A stretch of DNA of 64,000 nt from Lingula anatina (Eukaryota > Animalia > Brachiopoda), in the NCBI GenBank assembly GCA_051362555.1, contig CM120642.1:21390001-21454000 (forward strand), given 5' to 3'. Every line of letters begins with the position of its first letter. The first letter of the stretch is position 1. Below, in pieces: positions 25,984 to 39,559 of this stretch. The position numbers were made by a program, and so were the translations under genes. The notes beneath the pieces were generated by a model. That model did not search any database. It saw only the letters and a program-made list of their open reading frames with translations, and had not been told where the DNA came from.

Positions 25984-27428
25984 AAAAAAAATACATTCTA
26001 TGTCGAGATATACACCTTTAATATTTCTTACATAGAATACATATGTTACTGAACATGTCAAACTACCGTCTCTAAGCCAGTAATTTAACTCATCACAGGC
26101 GTCTGTAAGTAGCAAGGGAACGAGATGTGTAATTAAAACGAATCTGCAGATTAAAACGAATCTGCATGCCTATAGCTTAAGTGTACGTCTCTGTGGTTTA
26201 GGGGTACAGTGGTCGCCTGCTTCGCGGGTTAGATTCCCGTCACATTTGGAAAACATGAGACTGAGTTCTATCTTGAGAAATGTACATCATCTACTTTCCA
26301 GGGAAGACATTTTAAGCTTACGGCAGCTGTGGACACTATGTCTCCCAATAAATTACTGAGATCTCTAACAATATAGGGTTGTTTAATGGATTTTGTTTGG
26401 TCATTTCCTAAAAGTCCAGCTTAGGGCGTCTTATGTTTACATGTATCTTGTTTTTTTTCCAATTAGTGTAAAAAGATAAAAATAAATTCAGCCAATAAAA
26501 AATATTGAAATATAAATGAAGTTGTTTTTATTTGAGTCATAAAACTAAATAAAAAACTGAATTTTAAAACATTTCTAAGCTATGCTTTAAAGTGAAGTTA
26601 ATATTAGATACAGAGACAAAAACTACTTTAAAACGTTTACTGCCCTTGAAAATCATAATTCTAATATTGATGAATAATCATAATTCTAATATTGATTGAT
26701 AATGATGAGGAATAAAGAAATTGCTGAATGGGTGGAATACCCATTATTTGTTTTGTTGTTTTCTACATTCTGTCTTTCATCATACCATCCAGTTGGGAGA
26801 GAACTCCCCCAATTTTTTTACTGGAGGTGTTAATAACATCGAGATGTTTTCTCCCCTTCCTCCACTGTAGGTCAGAAACACCAGATGCTCAAATACTTTC
26901 AATAATACATGTGTAAAAGTTAATTAAAACGGGATCATTGTCTTTAAAAGTTGCAAGTGATCAAAAAAGCACCGTCTTTGTCAAAAGTAAAATTTACTTT
27001 TCATTTGAATTCCCAGCAGGTTGAACTATATATGTATTGTATTTAACTATATATCTGTTGTATTTAACTATGTATCTATTGTATTTAACTATATATCTAT
27101 TGTATTTAAACACGGACATACTGGAATATAAAGGCGAAAGTGAAGTTGTCAGTAATTGAGCAGTATGGTAGGGTATGTGAGCATGAGTGTTTTTGTATTT
27201 GATTATAGTTAAATGTATGTACCATGTATAGTTTATTTCTTTTAAGATTAGAAGTTTAATAAAATAAATTTAGAAAAAGAATTTACTTAAAAAATTTTTA
27301 ACGTAAATCAGAAGTCAAATATTGGTGTATTGGAATAAAATTATTATTAAAGTGCTTCATTTATTTTAAATAAAAGTTAAATGATGGCTTCTTGCCTGAC
27401 GTCCCAAATGTCTTTAAGTAAGAATCGC

Positions 27429-27464
<36 letters not shown>

Positions 27465-27699
27465 GTTTTTTCAAACTTTTTCACTTAAAGGGTCCCATTG
27501 GGTATACGTACACGTATCTTCTAATTTGTTACCTGTGTAAGACACTTTTTATTTCCCCGTGATGCGTGAAATGTTCATATCATTTAGTGGTCTGTGAAGC
27601 ACCCCATTCCCGTGACTCGTGAATGTGCCTTTTTATTCTTTGCCCTTTGTGAAACGAAGTATTGTACTCGTCGATTTGTGATCATCAAGATTTTTTATT

Positions 27700-30557
27700 T
27701 GCATTATCATTGCCCAGGATGACCTTCCTTCAGTGTCTAAACGGCGTAACATGATATAACATTGCTTAGGGCCCCTTTACACTGGACGGCGTCCTTTCTG
27801 CGTCCCTTCTGCGTTCAAAAATGTGGTCAGGACGCTCAACGGTCGCCAAAGCAATTAAATCGTGTCTCAGTGTAAAGGCGTCTGCGTCCCTTGTGCGTCC
27901 TTTGAACGACCGAATCTTGATTTTACCTGTAAAACTGCGAGCAACCTGCCTGTCTCCACTGTACGTCCCCTGTGCAACCCAAGGCGTCCATTGCGATGTT
28001 TGAGAGACCATTGAGCATTCTTGCTGCGTTCTCTGTACCTTCATCGGCGATCAGTGGCGTCTATTCTACGATCATTCTGCATCCTGCTTGACCGATGAGC
28101 GTTATTCTAACTCTTCTTTTCATCGGTTCTAACCAGGTCATCCAATAAAGAACATTTCCAGCACACAAAACAAATAAATGGGAATAAACGCTTTAAACTA
28201 TAGTGATGCAAGGTCTGCATGGACTGATAATCAACAGATGCTCATTGTTATCCTTATAAGAAGGATGGACAGGGACCGAAAAGGAGAAAGTATGACTGAC
28301 ACAACACAGAATGTTTGAATCCGTTTTCAAATGAAGCATTCTGCAAAAAGTTCTGACAATTAATCTTGTAAAAAAGGCAAAATATTCGTTTAATAATAAC
28401 CTCAAAAAATGGATCGTTTCATGAATTTTAGGGAAAAAACAAGCGGAGGCTGCTATGAGACCACTGTTACCCTTAGAATTCCTTTCTGGTGAAAAATACC
28501 TCAGCACGGCCCCGTTTGAGAGTGAAAAAAATAACGTTCTACGTGTCAAACACTGGAAGATCTTTGAGTTTTCATTCTGCAACCAAAGCGATGCTTGTGC
28601 GTCCTCTCTGCGACCGCGGCGATGCTTGTGCGTTCTCTCTGCGACTACGGCGATGCCCGTGCGTCCTTTCTGCGTCCATTGATCGACCATCCTACATCGC
28701 GTTCTCTCTGCGATTGTTTTGAACATGCTCAAAACTTCGCGGCGTCCATGGCGTCCTCGGCGATGCTTGAACGTTCTTTGTGCGACCTTGGCGATCACTG
28801 TGCGTTCTTTGAGCGTCCGACGGCGTCCTGGCCAGTTTCATGGTCGCACAAAGGACGCAGAAAGGACGCCGTCCAGTGTAAAGGGGGTTTTAGGATACCT
28901 CTCTGCTGGCATAGTTAACAGTTTGACCCAGTATTTAATACATTTAGTCATGTGTGACACATAAAGAGGGAGTCTACCACATTCGCTTAATGTTAGAACA
29001 TTTGTCACATTTTGATTTAAGCAGGCTACTTTTTTGCAAAAAACGGACATGAATTTGTTCAACTTTTGCGCACTGTTGAAACCCCCATATTTCTGCTGCA
29101 TATATTAAAATCGGTTTCACAGTTGCATCGAACAGTTTAAAGGCTTCTTGATAATCAAAATATTTTTGACAGCGGAATATTGCGTTAGATGCCTTTATCG
29201 CTTGTAGTAACAAGTGTTCCTGCGTTCTAGACCAAGTTAATCGAGGAGTGAATAAGACTCCTAAATATTTATAACTGGATACGACCTCAATTCTACTTCC
29301 TTTATATGTCCATTTTCGCATTTTTTAATACGCCACCCCTCCTGAATACCATTATCTTGGACTTGTCTAGATTTAATTTCATACCTGTTTCGTCACAAAA
29401 ATCACTCACTGAATTAATTTGTCTTTGTAGCTTAATAACAGTTTCCGCAATAGTTGAGACGTCATCCGCAAACATTAAGGCATGCAATTCTGTAAAGTCT
29501 GCAGTAATAAAGATTCCATTACCACATTTAAGTTTCATGTATTCGACCAAATCATTCACAAATAGAGAGAAGATAATCGTAGAGCTCACACATCCCTTGT
29601 TTGGTTCCAATTCCGCATGGGAAAAATGGAGTAAGACAATTGTGTGTTTTTATACACGATTTGAGTTGGTTATACATCGTTTTAAAAACTAAAAGTAGAT
29701 TACTGTTGTCTGGAATTCCTTTACGCTGCAGGCTTTTCCAGAGTTGTTCATGGACACAATTATCATAAGCTTTTTAAAAATCTATGTAAAAAACTTAAAG
29801 TCGACCTTTCTGTCTTGACAAATATTTTTGGATAACTGCTTGAAGGCTAAAGATATTATCTGTTGTAGAATACCCCTTGTGAAATCCAGCTTGAGATTCG
29901 TCTATCACACCATTTTCCTCGGCCCATGAGGTCAGGCGATAACTTAAGATATTCAGAATAACTTACTAAGACTGTTCACCACAGAAATAGCCCTGTAATT
30001 ATTAGGGTCTAGTTTAGCTCCTTTTTTGTGAATTGGTGTGATGAGGCTTACGCACCAGTCTTGAGGGACGTTACCTGTTGGTAACACTTTGTTAAATAAC
30101 AATTTTAAATAAGGTAATGTTTTGTTTATAGTTTGCTTGTACATTTCTATGCATGTACCATCAATACCCGCCGCTTTTCCGTTATTAAGTGATTTAACAC
30201 TTTGAATAATTTCATCTTCCGTTATATCCCTACCTAGTATACATGTACTTGAGTCTCTAACATAATTCATATCTCTGAAAATACTTTCTTTTATATCGTC
30301 ATTAGCACTATTAGTATGTTCTTTTAAAGCAAACAATGCCTTAAAATAGCTAAACCATTTTCCTCCTGAAATATATTGCGTCTCTTTACTGACGCTTTGG
30401 GATTGTTTACTGGTATTTTTTATACACGCCCAGAATTTAGAATTTGTTACGACAATCAATAAGCTCTAAACGTCGCGTCCTTTCTAATTGTGCTTTCTTA
30501 TCTCTGCATATATTTCTGAACATATTTTTAGTCTTTAGAAATACTCGCTCAGATCTG
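27700..30557 (-). mobile_element. Non-LTR retrotransposon ORF2 fragment (RTE-X-like), frameshifted, truncated at both ends
   Basis: GKAAGIDG, PIHKKG...NNYRAIS, LMFADD, YKYLG, YAAEIWG, ECGRLPLY, and IKYWVKLLTMPAERYP|KQCYIMLRRLDTEGRSSWA across the Harbinger insertion. Confidence 0.9.
27769..28889. mobile_element. PIF/Harbinger non-autonomous element
   Basis: Inverted CCCCTTTACACTGGACGGCGTCCTTTCTGCGTCC at both ends. TTA duplicated at 27766-27768 and 28890-28892. Removing it restores the LINE reading frame. Confidence 0.92.
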
Positions 30558-31514
30558 ACTGAAGTTTTATTTACTGTGATTTGTAAATTAATTATTTTAT
30601 TTCCCATGAACCGTGATCACCCCCCTCCCCCCCCCACCCCCCACACACACCAATGGTACCCTCAATTAAAAAAAGAAAGAAAAACAAAACTCTTTTGGTT
30701 ACAAAAATTAATGTTTTGTTGTAAAATTAAGAGAATAACATTTTGAAGGTTTTCAACTGGCTGTTACAGAGACAATAATAGTTCTGCACTGATGATCGTA
30801 AAAAATAAAAGATGAAAAATGTTAGTAATTCAGTTAAAATGTAAAGCTGTAAAAAGATGTTGACACAGCTCCCGACTGCTATGATATAATTAATGCTTTC
30901 ATGTACAAGTTTTATCAGCTAATTGACATAGTTTTCCTCTAAATAACTGAAAGAAAATCCGTCCCATTACTATGAGAGGAAGATCCAAAATTAAGGGTGG
31001 GTGTCTGGGTGAAAAGACGAACGGCCACGTACTGGAAACAGAAGGTGACAATTTCCAAAGAAGTTACATTTTTTAATAAAAAAAGAGAGATTCAACTAAA
31101 TTATTCACTATGAAAGTTTAAAAAGAGAATTTGCTACGACTGCAGAATCAAAAGTAAAAGACAAAAAACGAACAAGGGCGAAAATTTTCATTTTTATTAA
31201 AGATTCGCTAAGGCATACACTGGAGAATACTCGTACTTTACTCTTATTGAACTTTTTCATCCTCTTTTTTGGCCAATCTATCTGCCACTGTGAAGAATAT
31301 TTTAAGTGATCAACCTTTGTTCATAAGTGAAATGTGCCACAGGCTGCGGTGTCTTGTTCATAACGCTGTCTCAACCATGATTGTGACGAACTCCAAAAAA
31401 TCCACCCAATTGTGTTAGTGAAGACAACGTGAGACGGGGCTGGATGTTCTTCGCCTAATAATGCATGACTCATCACTTGTCTTGCACGTTAGATGAAAAA
31501 AAAAGAAAGTGTTA

Positions 31515-31571
31515 TGACGGACTCAAGCAAACTGTAACTGTACCTGGGTCGCGGATTGCTCGGTGCTTCGT

Positions 31572-31602
<31 letters not shown>

Positions 31603-31689
31603 AGGGGGGGGAGGAGGTAAAGAGTCAGGCCATGTAGGCCTATCAGGAGAGTTTATCACTCCGCTGAAACTGTGTTACAGCATGCACGT

Positions 31690-31729
<40 letters not shown>

Positions 31730-32185
31730 AAGGCTGGTTTTGTTCTATTGACAACCAGATGGAAAAGCGCTGACCTTTGTGTGCAGTTCAATCGTCTGAC
31801 CAGAAGCTCCAGCTTTGAAATGAAGTAATTGTTTCGATTTTTATTCATGTCTCGGCCAAATCTACTCTTATTAGCCTTGAACTCTTTTTCATCCCCTTCT
31901 CTTATTAATTTATTAATTTATTTATTGCTAATCTATCTGCCACTGTGAAAATTTTCCAAGTAAACAATCTCTGTTCATATGGGCTGTTGTTTTAATGTTG
32001 ATGCTGTCTCAACCATGATTGTGACGGACTCTACAAATATCACCCAACTGGGTTAGTGAAGACATAACGCGAGACAGGTGGGGGGGGAGATGTTCTTAAA
32101 GTAATAAAATAATAATTCATGGGTACTGTTGGAAAACTATTTTAGTTTAAGAGTAAATATCTTGAAACTTACATATATACTGTAC
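31515..32185 (+). repeat. Local low-copy duplication; partner is 33583-33736 plus 39527-40090, with a third partial copy at ~31250-31460
   Basis: Shared blocks GGACTCAAGCAAACTGTAACTG, poly-G, (CA)n-CTGAAGGCTGGTTTTGTT, CTATCTGCCACTGTGAA and GCTGTCTCAACCATGATTGTGACG occur in the same order. Confidence 0.85.
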
Positions 32186-32265
32186 GGTAGATTAAAAGGC
32201 AATGTGATGAAACCAGCCTTCGACAAAATATCCAGTGTTCTGAGGGAAGTGTGCGGTGTGTGTGT

Positions 32266-32308
<43 letters not shown>

Positions 32309-32519
32309 GGGGGGGGGGGAGGTAAATAAGATGACAGATAAAGGTGTGAGGTAACTTGTGGAAATTGAGTTTCGGATGTGCTTGAGTGCGTGTATTGATA
32401 CCCTTCAACACGGATGAAGTGTACCCTCGCGTATATTAATCAGGAACGCCAGCATAAGGTCACAGTCTGACATAAGGACACAACTGCTCAATATTCTCCA
32501 CCTTCATAGAAAATTTGCG

Positions 32520-32915
32520 CTCCCGAACTTGTCCCAGTAACGAGAAAGTCCTCCAACAAGCTGTACACAGATACAAGCCGTGCTAATTGCTGTCCAAGCT
32601 GTCCATCTTAGAGCAGGACGCGTTGAATGCCATGTTTCTTCCATGAGGATCGTGACCAACTTTCGATGGCGTCATGGGGTCCTGGGTAAATTTCACTTGG
32701 ACTTCGACTTCTCTGAACAACAAACAATATTCCAGCAGGTAAGAGGATCAAAGACTCTTGGTTGTGTCAGAGACTCTGTGGCAAAGACAACGTTTCTATA
32801 AGAGGGACACGTACAGTCGCTATTCAAAAATATGTCCCTATAACATCTTTATCCGCCCTATCATGATTCTTGCCTCTTTTAGCCCTACGAAGTAATTGAC
32901 GGTAGTATAGATACC
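32520..32915 (-). pseudogene. Putative decayed TIR domain (Toll-like receptor C-terminus)
   Basis: With frameshifts: WYLYYRQLLRRAK, FE(Y)D.YVS, IE(N)VVFATE...KSL.IL, RHRKLVTILMEE and YWDK, in TIR-domain order. Confidence 0.45.
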
Positions 32916-34389
32916 ACAGGCTACCATGCGCTGGCTCACTTCTGTTTTATTCGTATTTAAAGTAGATTGCACTGTAATGTAATCTCATTTAAATTTCACA
33001 TGAGAAAGAATCAAGATCAAGATAGTAATTACGGTACAAACACAGGCGATGCTCATTCCATGTAAATGAAGAGCAAAATTAAGGACTGAAAATATTTATC
33101 TGAGATATACAACATTGGTCAAAAAGGTTGTCACACCCTCAGTATCATGTGCTTTTATTTATAAATGATCACATCACAGGTGAAAATTGTTATAAATAGT
33201 GATTTTCATTTCAGATACCATAACTAACATGATTATTGATACAGCAAATACAAGCTATCGGTGAAGATATCAATATTTAATACCATTTATTCACATTTAT
33301 TACATGTACCCCCTCAAATCCGACGTTTCGCTGTGATTTTCACAGGGGAAAAGAAATGTCCATTAAATTAAAATGACATCACCAAATGTCACCAAATTTA
33401 CACACATTTAGCATTAGGGTGTGCTCGTTAAAGGCCACGTGCCTAATATGTATGAGATATTTGTATAGGAAAATGAAATTTCACTGACGCAATAAGTAAT
33501 GGGCAGTGATGACATGCTATTTAAACTTAAAAATTAAAGGCCATCAATTGTACTGATGGGTAGATGAAAAATTTAGTAATATGATGGACTCAAGCAAACT
33601 GTAACTGCACCTAGGACGCAGATTGGTCGGTGCTTGGCCCGGGGGGGGGGGGGGGGGTGGCAGAGTGTCAGTAGATGTGTCAGGAGAGTTTACGACTATG
33701 ATAAAAAGTGTGTTACAGCATACACGCGCACACACATACTTGTCTATGTGTACCAACCGAGGACATCAGCACAACACCATACAACCGAGGACATCTTATT
33801 CCTTGGTTAAATCAAAATAAAAACATTCAATTTAGGGTAAAATCTATTCAAGTATGAATGTTATAAATTAATTTTTTATAAAAACTAATTTTTTGCTGAC
33901 AAGAATTTTACATTCTAACCGAGGACACACACGGACACACACACGGACAGACACTACACATTACAACCGAGGACATGCATGCATCTACATGTAATAATGA
34001 TTGTACTTTTAATGCAAAGCAAATTTTATATAGCGTTACTTTGCAGCAATTCACATTTTTATGAAATTCTTTCATATTTAAGGTAAATTCCAAAATAACA
34101 CCAGAGGTGATGATTAAATGAACAGTTATACAATATTTAATGCTGGGCTTTGCCACTTTTTTAGAATTGAAGATTATGAGATAAAACATCAATTAATTTA
34201 GGAAAAGAAAGGATACTGATGAAATAAAATAAAAGACCAAAGAAATTCGTTTTCAAACATTTTATTTTCATAATGCTTATTTTCTATTTAGCACTCTTTT
34301 ATTATCATGAATTTTATATTTTGATAACACAAAGTGTCGTCCATTGGATACAGACTTGCACAGTACACAATTTTACAATTGAGGACATC

Positions 34390-37300
34390 ATGCCAGCAGC
34401 ACCCAAAATTGTGCTTTCTTCCAATTTGATGCAATATTATATAATGCTTAACAGCATAATGATCATCAATTTTTTATAATAAAATATTAGTATCATGAAT
34501 ATTCAGAAAATGTGACTAGCAAAGGTTTTCAGGTTCATGGAACTCCAAAGTCATACTTTGAAAATGCTAAATGTATACAAGAGAGCACTGTACTGAAATG
34601 GGTTTCTTTCCATTTTTAACTTTTTTACATAAAATAATACAGTTTACTGCCATTTCACATGATCAACTAAGAAAATTGTCGAGATGGCAAAAATATCAAT
34701 ATAACAAGTTTAAATGTCCAATTTCCTCCATTACGAACATTGTGAATGATTGAATCTGACAAACTACAATGATACGAGTTCATTTCCATTTTGGCACTTT
34801 TTTTACACAATACAAGATAACAGGTTTACCATCATTTTTATATAATCAACTAGCAATATTGTCAAGACGCAGAAATTGTCAAACAACCCAATTTATATAT
34901 CTAGTAAATTCAATAATGAGACTGTTTACATGCCTGACAATCAAATCTGAGGAAAACCACTTATATACAAATAAAAGCTGAAGTCCCTCAAAACTCAACC
35001 AATCAATCTTATTTTTAAATTTGATTTGTATATAGATAACATTGATCACTCTTGTGAGTTTAATGACAACAGGCCTATCGGTTCTCCCTGAAATGTGCTT
35101 ACAGTGTTACTAATATGCTTTTACTCATAATAATCAGTTCTGTGAGTTTCATGAAAACAGGCTTTAAGTTATTGGTTCTCCCTGAAATGTGCTTACAGTG
35201 TTACATATATGCTGAAAAAAAAAAAAAAAAAAAAAAAAAAAAACAGCATAAAATTTGAAAGAAAAGGGCCTGGTCTTGCTGATTTTCAATCTTGACCATT
35301 CTTTTACTAATAATCATCAGTTCTGTGAGTTTCATGAAAACAGGCTTATTGGTTCTCCTTGAAATATGTTAACAGTGTTGCATGTACACTGAAAAAAGGA
35401 GAAAAAAATGCAAAACTTTTGAAAATAATCACCCCATTTCCTCCATTTTGAGACACTGTATTACACAGTACATGATAACATGTTTACCGTCATATTTATA
35501 TAATCAACTAGCAATGTTGTAAAGATGCAGAAAATTTCAGACAAACACTAACATATTTACATATCTAGTTAGTTCAATAACGAAACTGTCAACATGCCTG
35601 ACAATCAAATCTGAGGAAAACCACTTATATACAAATAAAAGCTGAAGTCCCTCAAAACTCAACCAATCAATCTTATTTTTAAACTTGATTTGTATATAGA
35701 TAACATTGATTACTCCTGTGAGTTTCATGAAAACAGGCTTATTGGTTCTCCCTGAAATGTGCTTACAGTGTTACTTATATGCTGAAAAAAAAAAACAGCA
35801 TAACATTTGAAAGAAAAGGGCCTGGTCATGCTGATTTTCAATCTTGACCATTCTTTTACTTATAATCATCAGTTCTGTGAGTTTTATGAAAAGAGGCCTA
35901 TTGGTTCTCCTTGAAATGTGTTTACAGTGTTACTTATATGCTTAAAAAAAAACAGCATAACATTTGAAAGAAAAGGGCCTGGTCATGCTGATTTTCAATC
36001 TTGACCATTCTTTTACTAATAATCATCAGTTCTGTGAGTTTCATGAAAACAGGCTTATTGGTTCTCCTTGAAATGTACTTACAGTGTTACATATATGCTG
36101 AAAAAAAAACCAGCATAACATTTGAAAGAAAAGGGCCTGGTCATGCTGATTTTCAATCTTGATCATTCTTTTTAATTTACTAATAATCATCAGTTCTCTG
36201 AGTTTCATGAAAACAGGCCTATTGGTTCTCCTTGAAGTGTGTTTACAGTGTTGCATGTACACTGAAAAAAGGAGAAAAAAAATGCAAAACTTTTGAAAAT
36301 TATCACCCCATTTCCTCCATTTTGAGACACTGTATTACACAGTACATGATAACATGTTTACCGTCATATTTATATAATCAACTAGCAATGTTGTAAAGAT
36401 GCAGAAAATTTCAGACAAACACTAACATATTTACATATCTAGTTAGTTCAATAACGAAACTGTCCACATGCCTGACAATCAAATCTGAGGAAAACCACTT
36501 ATATACAAATAAAAGCTGAAGTCCCTCAAAACTCAACCAATCAATCTTATTTTTAAACTTGATTTGTATATAGATAACATTGATTACTCCTGTGAGTTTC
36601 ATGAAAACAGGCTTATTGGTTCTCCCTGAAATGTGCTTACAGTGTTACTTATATGCTGAAAAAAAACAGCATAACATTTGAAAGAAAAGGGCCTGGTCAT
36701 GCTGATTTTCAATCTTGACCATTCTTTTACTTATAATCATCAGTTCTGTGAGTTTTATGAAAAGAGGCCTATTGGTTCTCCTTGAAATGTGTTTACAGTG
36801 TTGCATGTACAATGAAAAAAGGAGAAAAAATGCAAAACTTTTGAAAATAATCACCCAATTGCCTCCATTTTGAGACACTGTATTACACAGTACATGATAA
36901 CATGTTTACCGTCATATTTATATAATCAACTAGCAATGTTGTAAAGATGCAGAAAATTTCAGACAAACACTAACATATTTACATATCTAGTTAGTTCAAT
37001 AACGAAACTGTCAACATGCCTGACAATCAAATCTGAGGAAAACCACTTATATATATCAAAACAAGGCACAACTTCCACAAAACTCAACCAATCAATCCTA
37101 TTTTCAAACTTGATTTGTATATTGGTAACATTGATCACTCCTGTGAGTTTAATGACAACAGGCCTATTGGTTCTCCCTGAAATGTGCTTACAGTGTTACT
37201 TATATGCTGAAAATGGCAGAAAAAAAACAGCATAACTTTTGACAAAAAATGGCCCGGATATGCCGATTTTTGATCTTGACAACCCTTTTACTAATAATCA

Positions 37301-37590
37301 TCAGTTCTGTGAGTTTCATGACAATAGACCTATTGCTTCTCCTTGAACTGTGTTTACAGTGTTGCATGTATGCTGAAAAAAGCAAAAACAACAGCAAATT
37401 TTCTGAAAAAAAAAGCAGCCCATTATGAAGATTTTCAAACTTGACCTGCGTTTAACTAATATTCATCAGTTCTGTGAGTTTCATGAAAATAGACCTATCG
37501 GTTCTCTTTAAAATGTTGCATCGCATATAATATTATGCTGAGAAAAGGGAAAAACAGCAACTTTGTAAAATTGGCCAGATCACACTGATT
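34390..37590 (-). repeat. Diverged HINE-A-derived segment with a higher-order array (~390-bp module plus 1-3 monomers of ~160 bp)
   Basis: 34390-34950 is the reverse complement of ~15340-15900/16230. Module marker CCATTTTGAGACACTGTA at 35443, 36317 and 36865. Monomers at 35742, 35901 and 36058. Confidence 0.85.
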
Positions 37591-37886
37591 ACGTTGATTG
37601 CAATTTATATAGCATTCCTTCTGGGAGAGATCGATCCATAGTTAGTACGATAGGATCTGGGAACGGTCCCTTAATCGTTTTTGCCGTGTGCATATCCGAA
37701 CTGTAGGCCTATATATCAGGACGCGTAATTGTCGGGGCGTCTTTTTTATCTTTTTTTATTTCACAAAGCGGTTCTTGCAAATGCGGTGTTTATGAATATG
37801 TGTGCTCTGTGTTAGCGACATGGACCGACAGGGGCCCATTCAGTGTAAAGGGGGTTTACGGACGATCCATTTACCCTTTTAATTTA

Positions 37887-38943
37887 CTCTGAAGTATCGA
37901 ATAAAAGAACTGATGGAATAAAAGTACTGGGTGGAAAAAATCTCAAAATTTAATTAAAGTACTGATGGAATAAAAGTACTGGGTGTAAAAAATCTCGAAA
38001 TTTAATAAAAGTACTGGATGGAATAAAAGTACTGGGTGGAAAAAACCTTTGCACCACTCCCCCCCCCCCCCAAAAAAAAAGAAAAAATGAAATAAATAAA
38101 TAAAAGTAAAGAAGAAGAAGAGAAAGAAAAAAGCTAGCTATTGATCATTGTAAAAAAAAAAAAAAAAAAAATTCACCAGGTAAAATTCACTCAGTATTAT
38201 AATTTATCTTAAAAACGGGATATCTAATTTATTTAAAAAATATATATATATATATATTTGCCATGAGTTAAATTTCATAATCGTCAGGGGCCGAAGACCC
38301 AGATATGTCGCACCTAAGCCGCCTCCGAGAGCCATACGGAGACGTTATTCATAGTAAATTTATTCTCAGATATAAGGTTCGTTTTGCATACCTGTAAACT
38401 CCTAAGGGTTTATCTTACATAGAAATGTAATTTAACATCGTTTAAATCATAAATCGGCATGAAATAATTGACGTTTGAAAACAGGCACAACGTCTTTGCT
38501 GCACTTGAAATGACCTCCTTAGCTATAAATATGATCCTATCACCTTGCGACATTGCATCATTCGATCGATGTACATGAGTAGTTGTCACTGTTGAAGGGA
38601 AAGCACGTCTATTTATAGGAACTGAAATCAGGTGACGCATGTACTGTTGTGTTCAGAGAGCGACTTCCGCTTGACCTACTTTCCAGTGCTGTTGGTAGAA
38701 CAGTCGGTAATGAGTTGAGATCTCAATTTTCTTCTCATTATACTTCAATTTAAGAAAATAAAAAGCGTGACTTGTACTTGTGTAATTTCCCACCGGTACA
38801 ATATGTATTTAATAAACATACCGGGTGGAAGATTTTTGAAAAATTAATAAGCGTACTGGGTGAAAGTGGAGCGTACCGGCGGGAAGAAATTTGGAAAATT
38901 AATTAACGTAGGCCTACCGGTACGTTTATTTGATACTTCAGAG
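37887..38943. mobile_element. Tc1/mariner-superfamily MITE
   Basis: TA|CTCTGAAGTATCGAATAAA...TTTATTTGATACTTCAGAG|TA, with GTACTGGGTGG subterminal repeats. Confidence 0.8.
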
Positions 38944-39524
38944 TAATTCTTGCACCCTCAAAAGATTGTCGGTCCTAAGATCTACCGAGTGAGCCACAAA
39001 TTCAGACAGTTCTTCTTTATTTAAACCACTCCAAGTCAGTTGTACTAATAAAGAAGCGTGCCGTAATATGTACAGTGCGATGATAGTTATGTAGTTACGT
39101 AACGGCCTAGGAGAGCTTAATTTGATAAAAAAAGACCTTTAGTTTAAAAATATGAACTTACTGAATATATAGACATCTGAGATATAACATTAGTTTCAGT
39201 TTAGTCTGCCCTTTACAGCACAACCGAGGACGCGGAATTTGGTCCGCCCTTTACAGCACAACCGAGGACGCGTGTGTATAGCCCGATTTCAGACAAAAAG
39301 TTGGACAGTATTTCTGATACACTCGTGGCGGGAATTTGGCCCGCGCTATACAGCATAACCGAGGACTGGCTCAGAATAGCGTCAAATTTCACCACCTAAC
39401 TTGAAATGGGCCCCTTTATGCATTCCACTGCTTATGTCAACCGAGGACGTCCTCGGTTGGAGGTGTGTCCTCGGTTAGTGGGTTTCGGGCGGGTGTGTGT
39501 CCTCGGTTAGAATGTGTGCACAAG

Positions 39525-39559
<35 letters not shown>

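Larger units (their letters stand above)
27488..30663 (+). mobile_element. Sola2-like MITE split into two halves (27488-~27685 and ~30560-30663)
   Basis: The halves match the two ends of the intact copy at 40340-40631. Termini AGGGTCCCATTGG / CCAATGGTACCCTC. Confidence 0.6.
33737..39526. mobile_element. CACTA/EnSpm-like non-autonomous element inserted in a (CA)n tract
   Basis: Absent from the paralogous segment at ~31693-31726. Ends TACTTGT / ACAAGAG (degenerate CACTTGT TIR). Multiple AACCGAGGAC subterminal repeats at both ends, direct and inverted. Confidence 0.65.

Noticed and set aside
26188-26245. tRNA-like A/B boxes
   Set aside because: Spacing is too short and there is no cloverleaf; at best a decayed SINE head.
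26700-27110. Possible L2/CR1 LINE 3' end with short tandem tail
   Set aside because: Too degenerate; no consistent motif series could be read.
27766-28964. Cluster of overlapping ORFs up to 201 aa
   Set aside because: They lie in GC-rich subterminal repeats of a Harbinger MITE, with no transposase or Myb/SANT motifs seen.
31556-33820. Gly-, His/Thr- and Cys/Val-rich ORFs
   Set aside because: They arise from poly-G and (CA)n/(TG)n tracts.
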